Notes: generated by a model from the sequence alone, not told the origin. Numbered from the stretch's first letter, positions 50,414-63,279 are shown. The stretch: 64,000 nt of DNA from Girardia tigrina (GCA_001938485.1 MQRK01226569.1:1-64000); one strand, 5' to 3'. Numbers and translations: made by a program.

Positions 50414-51184
50414 TATGCATTTTATCGTTATTTGACATTTCAGAATCCGGATACATATTGAACACAAAAATTTATTTCAGAAAATAGTACACATATTTCA
50501 ACAAATTTCTCGTTAATTTAATCATTTTAGAAAAATTCATTTATTAAATTTTCTTTAAATTTAANNNNNNNNNNNNNNNNNNNNNNNNNNNNNNNNNNNN
50601 NNNNNNNNNNNNNNAATTTAAAATATAAATTGAAATTATAAATTTTTAAAATTTATTAAAAATTTATTTTATTTATAAATTATAAAATTATTAAATTTCA
50701 TTTGTAATAAACTTTTTATTTTAAAATCATTTTGTAAAAATGTTGAACTTATAATATTAACTTATTCTGATATTTCTAAAATCTTGAATACAGTTAGTAT
50801 ATTTGTGATCTTAAAATGAAAAAAAAGTAATTTTAAAAATCAAATATTACAATTACGATCGATTTTTTCATTTTAATTTTAAAACATAATTAAAAAATGT
50901 CAATACAAAAGTAAAATTACAAAAAAATTTCGAAATAAATTAAAATGATTTTATAAAAATTAATTTAGAAGAAAACTGTTCTCAAAATCGATCGATAGAA
51001 AAACTCAATCGGTAATTGATCGAAAATGTTTCGTTGTTTAAACGCATTAATTTACACCTCAATTAAGGTTAAATGTTGCAATCGTTATAATTAAATGCTT
51101 GTAAATGAGAATTGATTTCTCCGGACAGATTGACAAATTACGATCTTGTTATTTCCAGATAGTCGCCAGTGTTGTGAACACAAA

Positions 51185-51352
51185 ATGATGAGGCGCGTCT
51201 TGATTATCCTCTGCTCAGTGATCGTTCTCGAGATCGAATGCCAGTCGGAATCACGTGGACATTTCACGGATATTTGGGCCGTCCAGATTAACGGGACGGT
51301 GGACGACGCGAGGGACATCGCGTCCAGATACGGATTCGTGTTTGTCAGTGAG
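51185..51352 (+). CDS. Furin-like proprotein convertase (S8B), coding exon 1 (signal peptide, prodomain)
   Basis: MMRRVLIILCSVIVLEIEC...HFTDIWAVQINGTVDDARDIASRYGF|gtgatt, matching the PC prodomain FTN.WAV...A...GF motif. Confidence 0.88.
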
Positions 51353-51405
51353 GTGATTGAATTTGGTGTACCGTCACGACGATTTCGTTACCGATCGCCG
51401 TTCAG

Positions 51406-51504
51406 ATTCTGCCGTCGATTTATTCCTTTAGACATCGGCGAGTGTCGAAACGGTCAGTCTTTCCGAGTAGCTACTATCAACACAACTTGTCTGACGATCC
51501 CAAG
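51406..51504 (+). CDS. Furin-like convertase, coding exon 2
   Basis: ttcag|ILPSIYSFRHRRVSKRS...LSDDPK|gtgag; internal prodomain cleavage site; 53-nt intron upstream. Confidence 0.88.
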
Positions 51505-52091
51505 GTGAGATGATTTCCATTTTGTAGATATTGATACCCTCACTACTTCAAGTTAATGAAGTAGTTCTTGCATTTAGACGACTAAAAATCCTTATAATGT
51601 AACCGATTGTATTTTATACTTAAATTTCCTTTTAATTGAGCTCGTTGAAGAATTTTTTTATGATAATAATCATCATATTGAAAAACATAATGGAATTATC
51701 TGATTCAATGCAATTAAGGTCAAGATGTGGAATTTAGATTCTGAAAAAAATAACGGGTCAGGTTTATTGTCACAATGGAAAATGTGTTATGCTGTTTTAC
51801 CTGGATAATATTGAGACAGTTTAAAATATATTTTTAATATAAACATAGAAAAACCCTTTGAAAGAGACGATGAGCCGAAAAGAAGTGTTTGATCTTTTCT
51901 TCTCTGATATATTTTTTACTCTTTCTTGACCATGTTTTTAAATTAATTATCTACTAGTATATAGTGCATTTATTTTACTATCTGGTGCTTAAAAATCAAA
52001 TGAACGAGCTGTGACAAATAATATTTTTTTAAGAAAATTGTGATATTGAGCCAGGTAGAAGTTGAGGCAAGTAAAATAATTAAGATATTAA

Positions 52092-53144
52092 CCCGGTGAC
52101 TTCCGGAGACCCGTATATGGGTTTACGGCTTATAACTTTTGAACGAAGAGGAATTTTTTAATGCGATTTTTTTTCTAAATATCACTATTAACGTTTCTAA
52201 TCCAGCTCTCTCGCTCTCTAGTTCAACTCTATTCAATTTATTGCATCAGAACAAAACTGGAGCATGTGGAACAGTGAGATAAAATCGTAAAGGATTGCCA
52301 AAATTTACTGGAAAATCACGAAAAGGAGATGTTCAATGGTTTTCGTCTTCAGCTCTTCTAGCAATCAAATGGAAAGACAAACGAGATGTCTACATGTTAT
52401 CGACTGTAAATAGTACAAATTTCTTGAACAGTGGAAAAATTGATTGATCAAACGGAACAGAAATTATGAAGCCCGCTCTATTCATGGAATATTCGCAAAA
52501 AATGGGAGCTGTTGATGAAACTGACATGCAGATATCATTCTCTACTTCAATTAGGAAAACTTTGAAGTAGTATAAAAAGTTATTCTCTCATATGTTGGAT
52601 ATGGCGATATTCAATTCGTATATTGCATACAGAATGAAGCAGAATGCTAAAGACTTACAGCTTGCTCAGTTCAAATTGCTTTTGGCTAGAGAAATACTTC
52701 AGATATATGGTCCTTCAGAGAGAAATAGGGTTGGTAGACCTTCTAATGTTCCTGCACCTTTGAGATTAGTTGCTCATCACTTTCCCGACAATGTTCCACA
52801 AGAACCAAAGAGTAGAGAATGAAGTAGAAGAAATTGTATTGTTTCTAGAGCGAAACAAATTCAACAACGAAGTTATTTCATGTGCCTTGACTGTAATGTG
52901 CCATTATGCGTATCAAATTGTTTCCGAATTTACCACACCAAGCTTCATTTTGATGTAGATGAGTGATAAAAACCAATTCTAATCAGTAAAATATAAGAAT
53001 TAATTTGTCAAATTCTACAAATGAAAAATATTCGTTGAAATCTTTGCGAATTTTCTGATCCAATTTGAAATAGTCACAATTTTTTTTATAATTTTAATTT
53101 AATTTTTCCAATTTTTTTCAGATAATTTTAGTCATGGAAAGAAG
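52092..53144 (+). mobile_element. Internally deleted piggyBac element
   Basis: TTAA|CCC start and a TTAA at the far end (TIR match weak); GTVR, WKDKRDVYMLST, MGAVDETD, LDMAIFNSYI, C-terminal Cys-rich CLDCNVPLC...CF..YH. Confidence 0.85.
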
Positions 53145-53183
53145 TTAATAACGAATTTGTAATAGAATTATTCATAATATTAT

Positions 53184-53624
53184 TATTAAGAACACCAATT
53201 TGACTTTTCATATTTTTATTTAAACAACAATTTTGATTGTCCTTAAGACAATCTTTGTCAAAGCTTTCACACGATTGCATTCTAAACTAAATTGATTAAT
53301 AAATTAATTCTTATTATTTTTTTGGTAAATGGAGAAATAAATATTTTAATAAAATATTTACTAAAAACTTATTGGATAAAAATTAAACTGATTATTAATT
53401 ATTTAAAAAATATTAATTTGATTTATTTATTAAAAATTGTAAAAACTAATTAACTTATTTAAAATTGTAAAATTATTTGAAATTAGAAATAAATTTGAAC
53501 ATTACATATTTTCAGATAATAAGAATTCAAATATTAATCATCCATGTGGGTAGGAGAGACACATTTCCAAATCAACATACAACATTCAAACACAAAACAT
53601 CAAACATTCAAAATATTCCTCACA
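53184..53624 (-). repeat. Solo LTR, TGTGAGGA family
   Basis: Family termini; 5-bp TSD ATTAT/ATTAT. Confidence 0.82.
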
Positions 53625-54286
53625 ATTATCATCAGGCAAAATCTTAATTCATAAAAATATCCAAGTTATAAAAGTGGGTGAAATTGTCACTTGAGCATTA
53701 ATTTTAGAATTGAACAAGTTAATAATGTTTTGCAAGCCTTTTTACTAAAAGAAATTTGAAAACTTTAAAAATAAATTTAAATTTTTTTTTCTATGTTTAA
53801 CAATGTTACTACTACCATAAATTTGACTGTGTTCTGAAAATTATTTGCAGAATGAGTTGACATCTCTCCAATGAGACTGGAATAGCACTAGTAAAAAAAT
53901 AATAAATTTAATTCGAGTTCTTTCTTTTAATATTTTTAATTTCTGAATTTTAAAATAAATATTTGTTTGAAAAATATAGATAATGACTTTTTAATTATTT
54001 AATTAGTATATGTTTGGAGACTTATTCTCGCTATGAGGTTGTAGAAACTTTGCTGAAAACTTAAAACTGATTTTTCTAAACTTAATTTTATTATAAAGGA
54101 ATGTTTGTTGGGAAAATTCTTTTTTTTCCGATCATATAAATATATTTTTATTTTTTAAATCCATCTTATTTGAAGAAGGGTTCAAAAAACGTTTTTAACC
54201 AAAGAACTCCTTAAAAAAGTTTTTAAATAAAAACAACTCGATGAAAATTGATTTATTAAACATATTTATACATTTAAAGTTAGAAA

Positions 54287-54693
54287 ACATCGTGAAAAAT
54301 GTGATTAACATATTATTTAAAAATTTTAATAGAAAATTAACATTCTTAAGTATTAGTTTGATTTCAAAGACAACTATCAATGGTATACTTCTTTTCTATT
54401 AATATTGTGTAAATAAAATCCGGTAAAATGAAAAAAAATATTTTAATCTTTATTTATTCTTCACTTTCTAGTAAAACATTTTTTTTCATTTTACGGGATT
54501 TTATTTACACAATATTAATAGAAAAGAAGTATACTATTGATAGTTGTCTTTAAAATCAAACTAATACTTAATAATGTTAATTTTCTATTAAAATTTTAAA
54601 ATATTATGTTAATCACATTTTTCACGATGTGTAAATAAAATCCGGTAAAATGAAAAAAATGTTTTATTAGAAAGTGAAGAATAAATAAAGATT
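54287..54693. repeat. Long near-perfect foldback palindrome with an extra inverted segment
   Basis: 54287-54443 is the reverse complement of 54474-54630; 54629-54693 is an inverted copy of the central segment. Confidence 0.85.
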
Positions 54694-54850
54694 ATTTGTT
54701 CTTCGGAGACCTCTGGGGTCACTTTATACCGCTTTTTCGATCTGTAGTTTAGGTCCAATAAACATTATGATTATAGTCTTTATCAATTTAGTGATATAGA
54801 CAGGGAATAATAAAGTTAACTCCAATATTTTATGAAAATTATTTTATAGG

Positions 54851-55150
54851 TATTAAGAAAATCAATTTGACTTTTCATATTTTTATTAACACAACAGGTT
54901 TGAATGTCCTTTGTCAACACTTTCGTACGAATGCATTCAAACTAAATTGATTAGTGACTTAATTCTTATTATTTTTTAGCAAATGGAAAAGTAAATAATT
55001 TATTAAAATATTTACTCAAAACTTATTGGATAAAAATGAAAATAATTATTAATTATTTAAAAAATATTAATTTGATTTAGGAGAGACACAATTCCAAATC
55101 AACATACACATTCAAACACAAAACATCAAACATTCAAAATATTCCTCACA
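54851..55150 (-). repeat. Solo LTR, TGTGAGGA family (internally deleted)
   Basis: Family termini; 5-bp TSD ATAGG/ATAGG. Confidence 0.82.
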
Positions 55151-56211
55151 ATAGGAATTAAGCGGTCGATATTTGAAGATTCCTGTCAATTTATAAAATA
55201 TATTAAAGCGGATGGGGACTTGTACCTTGAACCAAATAATTCATTTAATAATAATAATAATAAATACTACTTTTTTTACCAAATTTCGTCATTTGATTTT
55301 TTTAAATCGACATTTTATTTGCAAATATTATTCAAATTTATTTGTACAATAAAAATTCTTTTTATAAAAAATCTCCAGGAAAAAGTATTGAAAAATCCTA
55401 TTTAATTAAATTTAATAAATCCTCCGAAAAGAGAGATATTCCTCGTCTTGGAATTTGTCTTTTGACAGTAGAAAGTGTCCTATTTGTTTCATTTGGACTA
55501 ATTAAATTAATTAATAAAATCAAGAATTTTTTTTAATGTAGGCAGCCAATGGAAAATTTCCCAGAAATGAAATTCCTCGAGCTATTTTATTAGAATAATG
55601 TAAATATACAAAATAAACAAACTTTTATATAATGATCCGCCGATATTGGCTAATTTGTCGAATTCCGAGTGAAATTGACTCCGGCATTCGCATGAATTAA
55701 TATTAGTGCTTTTTTCCCATGTAGGTGTGGACGAGCGCCGGAATGTTCGCCTTTGCCTTCCTAATCGTTTATTCATATTTATTTTTGTGGTTTTCAGTGC
55801 AGTTTTGAATATGCAATCGACATAATGTAGGAACTAAATTTAGGAATGTTGCCCAATCGTGATTCACAGTTTTTATTGAGGATAAGATTGGGATTTCTGT
55901 ACACAAACTTGTGGATTTTCGAATGTCTTTTTTAAATTCATATGTCATGCCAAATATAGAAATTAGTTCCAAATTGGTAAAGTGCAGAAATAGCATATTT
56001 CGCCATTTAAAAAATTTGACAAAACTGTTTATACAAAGAGTGTTCTTCCACAATTGCAATTTCTTTGCTCAGAGAGAGCGATAAAAGCAATTTGGTTGAT
56101 TGATAACAATATATTATGGAGGAGTTTTTGAATCATTTTACGAAACACACACATATAATATTTAACATTCTTTAAAAATAATTTTAATAAAGCTTTTTTA
56201 AAAAATTGATT

Positions 56212-56252
56212 ATTGAACATGTTTCGAAATTTCGTTTTTCATTATCAACAAT
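56212..56252 (-). ncRNA. Degenerate PLE-type hammerhead motif
   Basis: attg-TTGATAA-t-gaaa...tttc-GAAA-CATG-TT-caat; core mutated. Confidence 0.5.
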
Positions 56253-56397
56253 GATAATCTAATATTTGTTAGTTAAAAATATAATATCTTCTGTTTCAAT
56301 GGATTTCGAATTCCTGTTTTACAGAGGAGCTTTGATTCACTTTATTAGGGTCGAATTCAGAAGTTAAGCTCATAACACAAAATGTTATTAATATTGG

Positions 56398-56906
56398 TGT
56401 GAGGAATATTTTAAATTTGGTATGTTGAAATTGGTTTGTTGAATTTTGTATGTTGAGTTTAGTATTTGGAAATGTGTTTCTCCCATCCAGATGGAAAATT
56501 GATATTTTAGATGTTCACGATAAATAATTATTCGAGTATAATTTATATTTTAAAGTACAGCATGAGATATTTAAAGACATTAAAAATATTAAATCATTTC
56601 AAATTTTCATATTAAAATTTAAATAAAATAAATAGTTTTAACTAAGTTTTGAATTAAATAAATGTTCTTTCCATAAAATAATTTTTAAATAAAATTAATA
56701 CTAAAATTACAAAATTTGAACTTTAAAAATAAAATCTGAAAATAATGAAAAATTTATTCGAATAATTGTTTATTAACAAACATTAACTAAAAGTTATCAA
56801 TTTAGAACGATGTCGAATTATGAGAGTTTTGCTGAGAGTTGTCCAAAAGACAATTCTGATTGTATTGAAAATAAAAGTTCAAAAACCCATGTTGGTGTTC
56901 TTAATA
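56398..56906 (+). repeat. Solo LTR, TGTGAGGA family
   Basis: Family termini; imperfect TSD (ATTGG/ATAGC). Confidence 0.75.
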
Positions 56907-57185
56907 ATAGCAATAACGATTTTTTAAACAAATATTTCGAGGAACCTAGTTACTTTCTTTTTACACAAACCACTATAAATAAAAATACAGATATTAATAT
57001 CTCATTTACAAAAAATACTTTTACATACCAGAAATCTCAACATACACTATGAGCGGCAGTTTTGAGAATAATTAATAATAAGACAACCAGTTAATAAACA
57101 TTCAAATCTTAAAATCTTTAAATCATTCCATTAAAGCTAATATTGAATAAAAATAACATTAAAACTAATAAATATTAAATTATAA

Positions 57186-57224
57186 TTGCTGATGATCGAA
57201 TACGAAATTCCAAAACATGTTCAA
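57186..57224 (+). ncRNA. Degenerate PLE-type hammerhead motif
   Basis: ttg-CTGATGA-t-cgaat...attc-c-AAAA-CATG-TT-caa; inverted relative of 56212-56252. Confidence 0.5.
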
Positions 57225-57387
57225 GAATCAATTCCTTAAAAAACCTTTTACAAAATTATTTTTCAAATATATTTATAAATATACAGTTGAATCTGTCTAA
57301 TCCGTCCCTCTTTAATCCGGCAGGTCCGAAAATCCCAATTTATGACAAAGCGTATTTCAACTTACATTGAATTACTATATGTATATG

Positions 57388-57884
57388 TGTGAGGAGTATT
57401 TTATATTGTTTAAATGTGGAAATGTATTGACGATGTATGTTGATTTAAGTATGTTGAATTTAGAATGGTGATTCTCCCACCCAGATGAAAATTGGTATTT
57501 TTTTTATTAAATTTAAAGTGATTGACTATTCGAACATAATCATTCGATAAAATAATAATTCAATAAGTTCATATTTTTTAATTTAAAAAATAAAATTAAG
57601 TTTAATATTTTTAGTAAACTTTAAATTAAAGGCATTTTTAATAATTTGATAACATTTTTATTATTTTGGGTTTTAATAAGAAATGGTTCAAATTAATATT
57701 TTCTTAGAAGTTAAATATTTTAAAAAATGACTTAAAAAATTGTTCACATAATCATGATTAAAGACAGAAATAACGAACCCAATTAGAAGGATGACAAACG
57801 AGGAAAGACCTTCTGAGAGTCATAATGACTCTAAATGTAATTGCAATAAAAATTCAAATGAGACTTGTGCAAATTTTCTTAATA
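57388..57884 (+). repeat. Solo LTR, TGTGAGGA family, inserted at the centre of a palindrome
   Basis: 5-bp TSD ATATG/ATATG; flanked by 39-bp inverted arms at 57341-57379 and 57892-57930. Confidence 0.82.
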
Positions 57885-58253
57885 ATATGTGTATAGTAAT
57901 TCAATGTAAGTTGAAATACACTATGTCATATTGTTTATAAAGATTGTTTCATTAATGTAATATTGTGTCTACGTATTTGAACAATATATAGGAAAATTAC
58001 CACAAAATATTTAAACGATTCGTTTTTTTACAATAAATTTTATTATATCAAACTAAATTTAAGAAAAATAAGTTACTTTAAAACAGAATAAATGTTTATT
58101 TTTAATGTAAAAAACTGATGATATCAAAAAAAAGTTTTTTTTATTTTTATTTTAATTCACACATTAAATTTTTTAAACAGGAAATTACTTTCAAAAATGT
58201 CAATAAATTAATTGTTCTTTTTTCTCTTTGTGTAATTAAAATAATTTATCCAG

Positions 58254-58346
58254 GTTGTCTGGCTGAAGCAACAGTTCGCCAAGGTCCGAGTCAAACGGAG
58301 TGTGGAAAGGTTCAATGATCCGAAATTAAAGAAAATGTGGTATTTG
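58254..58346 (+). CDS. Furin-like convertase, coding exon 3 (autocleavage site); the gene continues beyond the window
   Basis: tccag|VVWLKQQFAKVRVKR-SVERFNDPKLKKMWYL|gtgag; R-X-K-R maturation site followed by the NDP...WYL catalytic-domain start. Confidence 0.9.
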
Positions 58347-58799
58347 GTGAGATAAAAAAATTTAATTTTCGTCCTCATTTTTGTTATATTTTATATTTTG
58401 TTTGATTTCGTCTCATTAAACATAATTTTAAAATAATTTTATTACAGTTCTCCATTTATTCTGCGTTGCAGTCGTTATTTTTGGTGAATATAGCATTTAT
58501 AATTAAATGGTCTATTTTATTTATATAAACAATGAAAGGAGGTTGCTACGTTTTCGTGTCGTGATTCTGATTGATTATAGATAATAATAAAATAATAATA
58601 AAGTATTAAAATTCGTTTTGAAAAGACGAAGTTTCAAAAAATTATCAACGAAATTATCATCAAAAAGACAAGAAATCTTCCCAAATTACAAATAATTAAA
58701 CTTAAAACATAAAAATAAAAATAAATTTAAGATTTGTTTAATTTACTGTATATTAGTAAATGTTTAACAAACATTAACAAAGCTAATACTTTATAATAT

Positions 58800-59800
58800 G
58801 GGGTGGGGGACCCAAAAAAGATGTTTTTAGAAAATTAAAATTGTTACTTTTAATGCGAGAGGTAATGTATTAATTTTCGGGTCAGATTTATGCTATAAAA
58901 ATTGAACTTGATTAGATTTTTGATTTATTGATTTTATTTGCATTGACGTTGTTTTTAAAATGTTTTTTAGTTTCTATACTGAATGTAAATATGAAACCTA
59001 CAATGGAAAACATGAATTTCTTCATTGTAACTTTACGAAAGAGTGATTATAAAGCTACAGAAATACATTCTTTGTTGCTACATGGGGTGAAGAGAATGTC
59101 TTATCTATAAGATGAGTAAAAACCATATCAAAAGAATATGTATGTAGAGAGAAAGAAGAATTCACAAGAGATGCAAGTACAGAAGAAAATATCAATCGAG
59201 TACATGACTGGGTGGAGAATTAACAAATTGTACGCATAAATACGCTTTCAGATATCACAAGATTAAACTGACCAACAGACCAAAGAATTTTGATAAATAA
59301 CTCACCAAAACAAAGTGCTTACATCAGATGAGTGTTTACCTTAAATAGAAGTCAGAAGAGAGCTCGGAAGAAATGTTGTTGCAGAAGAAAAGGGGCTCTA
59401 TTTCATATTTATGTCAGCAAAGGTGGTGACCAGCCTCCACATCCTAGGCGAGTCTTATGGATAAAAAATTCATATTATTGGGGCAATAAATTTTCGTCGT
59501 GACAATTATTTTTACGTGCAAGAACACCACATAACAGTCAATGCACATGTATATATTCGTTTCCTAGAAAAAGAGGTACAAATTCGTTGGTAGCTACTTT
59601 GACAATTATGCACGATAATACCCGTCCTCACAGAGTGAAAATGACAGAAACTTTTATAGAACAAAATCTTATTCTACAAATTTTACAGCGCCCCCAAATC
59701 TCGTGAAATGAATATTATGGATCGTGTAATATTTAGAAACATGGAGACGTCAAGAAGACATCAAACCTTCAAAATGACTGAGGAAGTAAAACACACATAT
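58800..59800 (+). mobile_element. Highly decayed mariner-like element
   Basis: KATEIH...WGE HTH remnant and HDNTRPH near 59610. Confidence 0.6.
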
Positions 59801-60845
59801 ATATATATATATATGGACAGATTTATCATTTAATGTTTTGTTAAAGTATTTTCTTTCGTTCTATGGATGAAACCTTTTTAAATATTGACGTCGAGAACGA
59901 AAATCGAAGTGGATTTTAATGAATTAATAAACAATAATTCTAATGATATATTTTCTATGTTCATTTTGTTAAAAAAAGACTTGGCTAACATTTAAATTTA
60001 TATTAGGAAAAATATTTGAAAACTAAATTCTCAAAATATTATAATAATTATTATTTTATCAAATGATAAAATTCTGAGTTGATTAAAACAAACTAAAACG
60101 ACATAATCGAATATTCCAATTCAACAATATTTATTTAGTGCGCGATGTCGATCAAACTAACGATACGACAAATATCGTTCAAAATAAACATTTGCCTTTC
60201 AAACAATTATTTCTTTTATTTAATCTAAACTCGATCAAAATTGTTTGGAGTTCTCTTTGAAAATGATAATTATACAAATTATCTTATAAATTTTAAGTAT
60301 TAATCGATTTTCTGCGATGCCTCTGAAAGTAGGTGTGTCCCAGACTCGCTGCCAGAAGCTCGGGAGGGGCACTTGGTCAATTTCCAGACTATGTCCAATA
60401 TTAGATAGATTTATAGATTTTGCTCAATAGTTTTTAGGGTTTTAGGTATCATCCAACACTGAACAATGAGTAGATACATTTACGCCGGTCCAATACGCGA
60501 GCATCGCAATTATTAACAACAATTATTTACGTGAATACATTTACTGACGGCTTTTAGTTGTTTCCCCATAATTATGTATTCAAAGGCGCCCTCAGAATTT
60601 TTTCCAGGGGAGGGGCAAAACATATTTTTTAGATATAATTTTTCTAGGATGGGGCAAAATTTAAAACTTCTGGGTAGAATGTTTTTAAAATAGCAATTTA
60701 TTTAATTATTCAGTTTCGTTCTCATCAAATTCAAAATTATAAAATAAAATCACATTAATAAACAACATGCACAATAATAAAAATTGCAAATAAAATATTC
60801 AAATTGATTGATATCAGAACATACATGTTTTTTCAAAGGTATTTG

Positions 60846-61900
60846 TCATAGGATATTGTTCTTAAATAATGTGGGCCTCCCATCTCTTTCGAATGGTATT
60901 GAGGCTCTAGGCTCTTTAGAGGGTCCACCCAAATCACTAGCAGCCCCCGATAGGCCTCCTACGGGGTCGGATAGTTTCGGTTTCCGAGATCTTTTCGGCT
61001 TCCCTGTGAGAAATGACCACCAATGGGTTGTATAGCCATGGTTCTGAATACCTTTGACTGTATTCGTGGACTTCGTGCAGCCGCGAAAAGGACATCTGAA
61101 CTCTCCTCTTGCAGTTAGATCTGTAATCCTAAAAGTCAGATGTGTTTCTTCAGTACCTATCGCTTCTTCCACCGCCGTCGAGATAGTCGGGGGTCCGTCA
61201 CGGATTGAATCTGGTTGCCTGGAATGTTGAGGTTATCTACGACTCTTCTTCTGTGGTATTTGTTGTACTGGTTTGCGCTGGTCTCATTGTCGGTTCTCCA
61301 ATGTCTTCTGTCTCCTCCAATTTATGATCACGGTAGAGGTGCCTTGTCAGCCACCCCTTCGTTTCGTACAATTTTTTACATAGTGTACATGGGAATGGTA
61401 ATTGCTGTTGTTGTGTCTCGATGAGCTGATCAGGATTAGCGGAAGCGGACACCGCGTGGTCCCTTTTCATGTGTCTGTTCAACCCCTTCTTTTCGGAAAA
61501 CTCCTTGTATCATCTTTCTACTGAACATTGGTGACGTTTGTCTCTCTCGTTGATCAGCTTCGGTACAGTTGTTCTTGTCCTATTTAGTCTTCCTGATCGA
61601 ACTAAGGAGTTTATGAATGTTTCCCTCGATACAATAGGATCTTTGTGAATGTTGCGGTTAATGAAATCTCCATACACCGCATCATCCACAAATAATCACT
61701 GTATGTCCACTCGAAGGAATTCCGAAATCGATTGCTTTTTTTTCCCACTGATCTTTTTCCCAATTTGTATTTCTCCCTTCCAGATTCGTTTGATTGTCTC
61801 GTATTCCTCTGAAGTTTCCGTCTTACTGTGGAAAGTCAGCCTTTTACTCGCGATAATATCCATGAGATGCGGAAGTCCAATGTCCAGTAATAATGTATAA
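60846..61900 (-). mobile_element. Fragment with three C2H2-type zinc fingers, probably the N-terminus of an RLE non-LTR retrotransposon
   Basis: CSVER*YKEFSEKKGLNRHMKRDH, CTLCKKLYETKGWLTRHLYRDH, CPFRGCTKSTNTVKGIQNHGYTTH; intronless and disrupted. Confidence 0.55.
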
Positions 61901-62313
61901 TCTTTTATTATTATTATTTTATTAAATCCGGCACAGTCAAAGTATGAACTCAGTAAATGTATACATCCATTAATCCTATTTAATAAAAGTTAAAAAATTA
62001 TAAATGAATACTTTCACTCTTACCTTAACTATACTCAAAAATCATTTCAATGCAATTGAAATTTGTGTTTAACAAAAGTTATTTAACTTCTTAAACATCA
62101 AATGTAAAATTCTCTGTGGAATTAGACAAAAAATAATGTTTTATCCTTTTAAATGCTTTGTTAGAAATAATGATTTACAGAAAGAAAACTGATATAGATT
62201 TATACACTTATTGTGCACATAAATGTAAAAGAAATGCGTTAGCATGTTTCTGTACTTAACCACCCAAACTTGTATGTGCCTATTTATGTAAATGTGTGGT
62301 ATTTGTTTACGTA

Positions 62314-62752
62314 TATGATGAATATTTGGAATGTTTGATGTTTTTTATGTGTATGTTGTATGTTGATTTGGAATTGTGTCTCTCCTTCCCAGAAGGTTGA
62401 TCAACATTTTAATTCTTATTATTTGAAAATATGTAATGTTTAAATTTATTTCTAATTTAAATTAATTGTAAAATTTTAAATAAGTTTATTAATTTTATTT
62501 ACAATTTTTAAATAAATAAATTAAATTAATATTTTTTTAATAATTATTATTCATTTTAATTTTTAACCAATAAAATTTGAATAAATATTTTAACAATTTA
62601 TTTGATTCTTTATTTACTCAGATAATAAGATAAAGTCATTAAATAAGTAGATGGATGCAATCTTACGAAAGCTTTCACAAAGATTGTCCTGAGGACAATC
62701 AAACTTTTTTGTAATAATTAAAATATTAAAAGTCAAATTTGTGTTATTAACA
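62314..62752 (+). repeat. Solo LTR, TGTGAGGA family
   Basis: Colinear with the reverse complement of 53184-53624; ends ttattaaca. Confidence 0.75.
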
Positions 62753-63279
62753 ATATATATATATGCCCTTATATTTTGTAAAAAAGGAAAAATAAAACAA
62801 AAAATCAGAAGTAATTAATTTGGAAATATTATTTGCCAAGAAACTAACAATTATTGAAATTAAAAAAAATAATATAGCTGATTAGCTATGTTCTGGAGGT
62901 TTTTGTCCTATGGGGTTTTTTGTCATATGGGGGTTTATGTCCTGTTACTGTCCTCGAGATCATCTTTTCAGGAGAAAATCAGGATCAGAATCCAAAAAGA
63001 TTGTTCAATTAGAGTGAACATTTTTCTATTGTTTGTATTACGAAGAATTCCTTTGACTGTCTCTGGTGTGTAACCAAATTCGATTTGAATTATTATTTGG
63101 GGGTAGAGTTACCTAAGGTACTTGCATTTTAGTTGTTATTCTTTCCTCATCTCCTAATTTAATTTTCTCCATCTCCATTATTTCATGTTCTTCATACGAT
63201 TTTATATAAGTAACATTTAATGTAATTATTACTATTTTTATTTTTTTTAGTTTAACAAACCTCACCAATTAGCTTTTTG

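Noticed and set aside
56810-57052. Apparent conserved micro-ORF family (M.SYESF.KDC..DN...GVLNN) at 53280, 54936, 56810, 57791, 62655 and 38375
   Set aside because: All lie in the 3' part of the same LTR family. The conserved GVLNN is just the LTR terminus (gttcttaaYa), and several copies are frameshifted or stop early.
61500-61900. Possible Ulp1-like protease of NeSL elements upstream of the zinc fingers
   Set aside because: Only a vague LFVDD resemblance; no catalytic His/Asp/Cys motifs seen.
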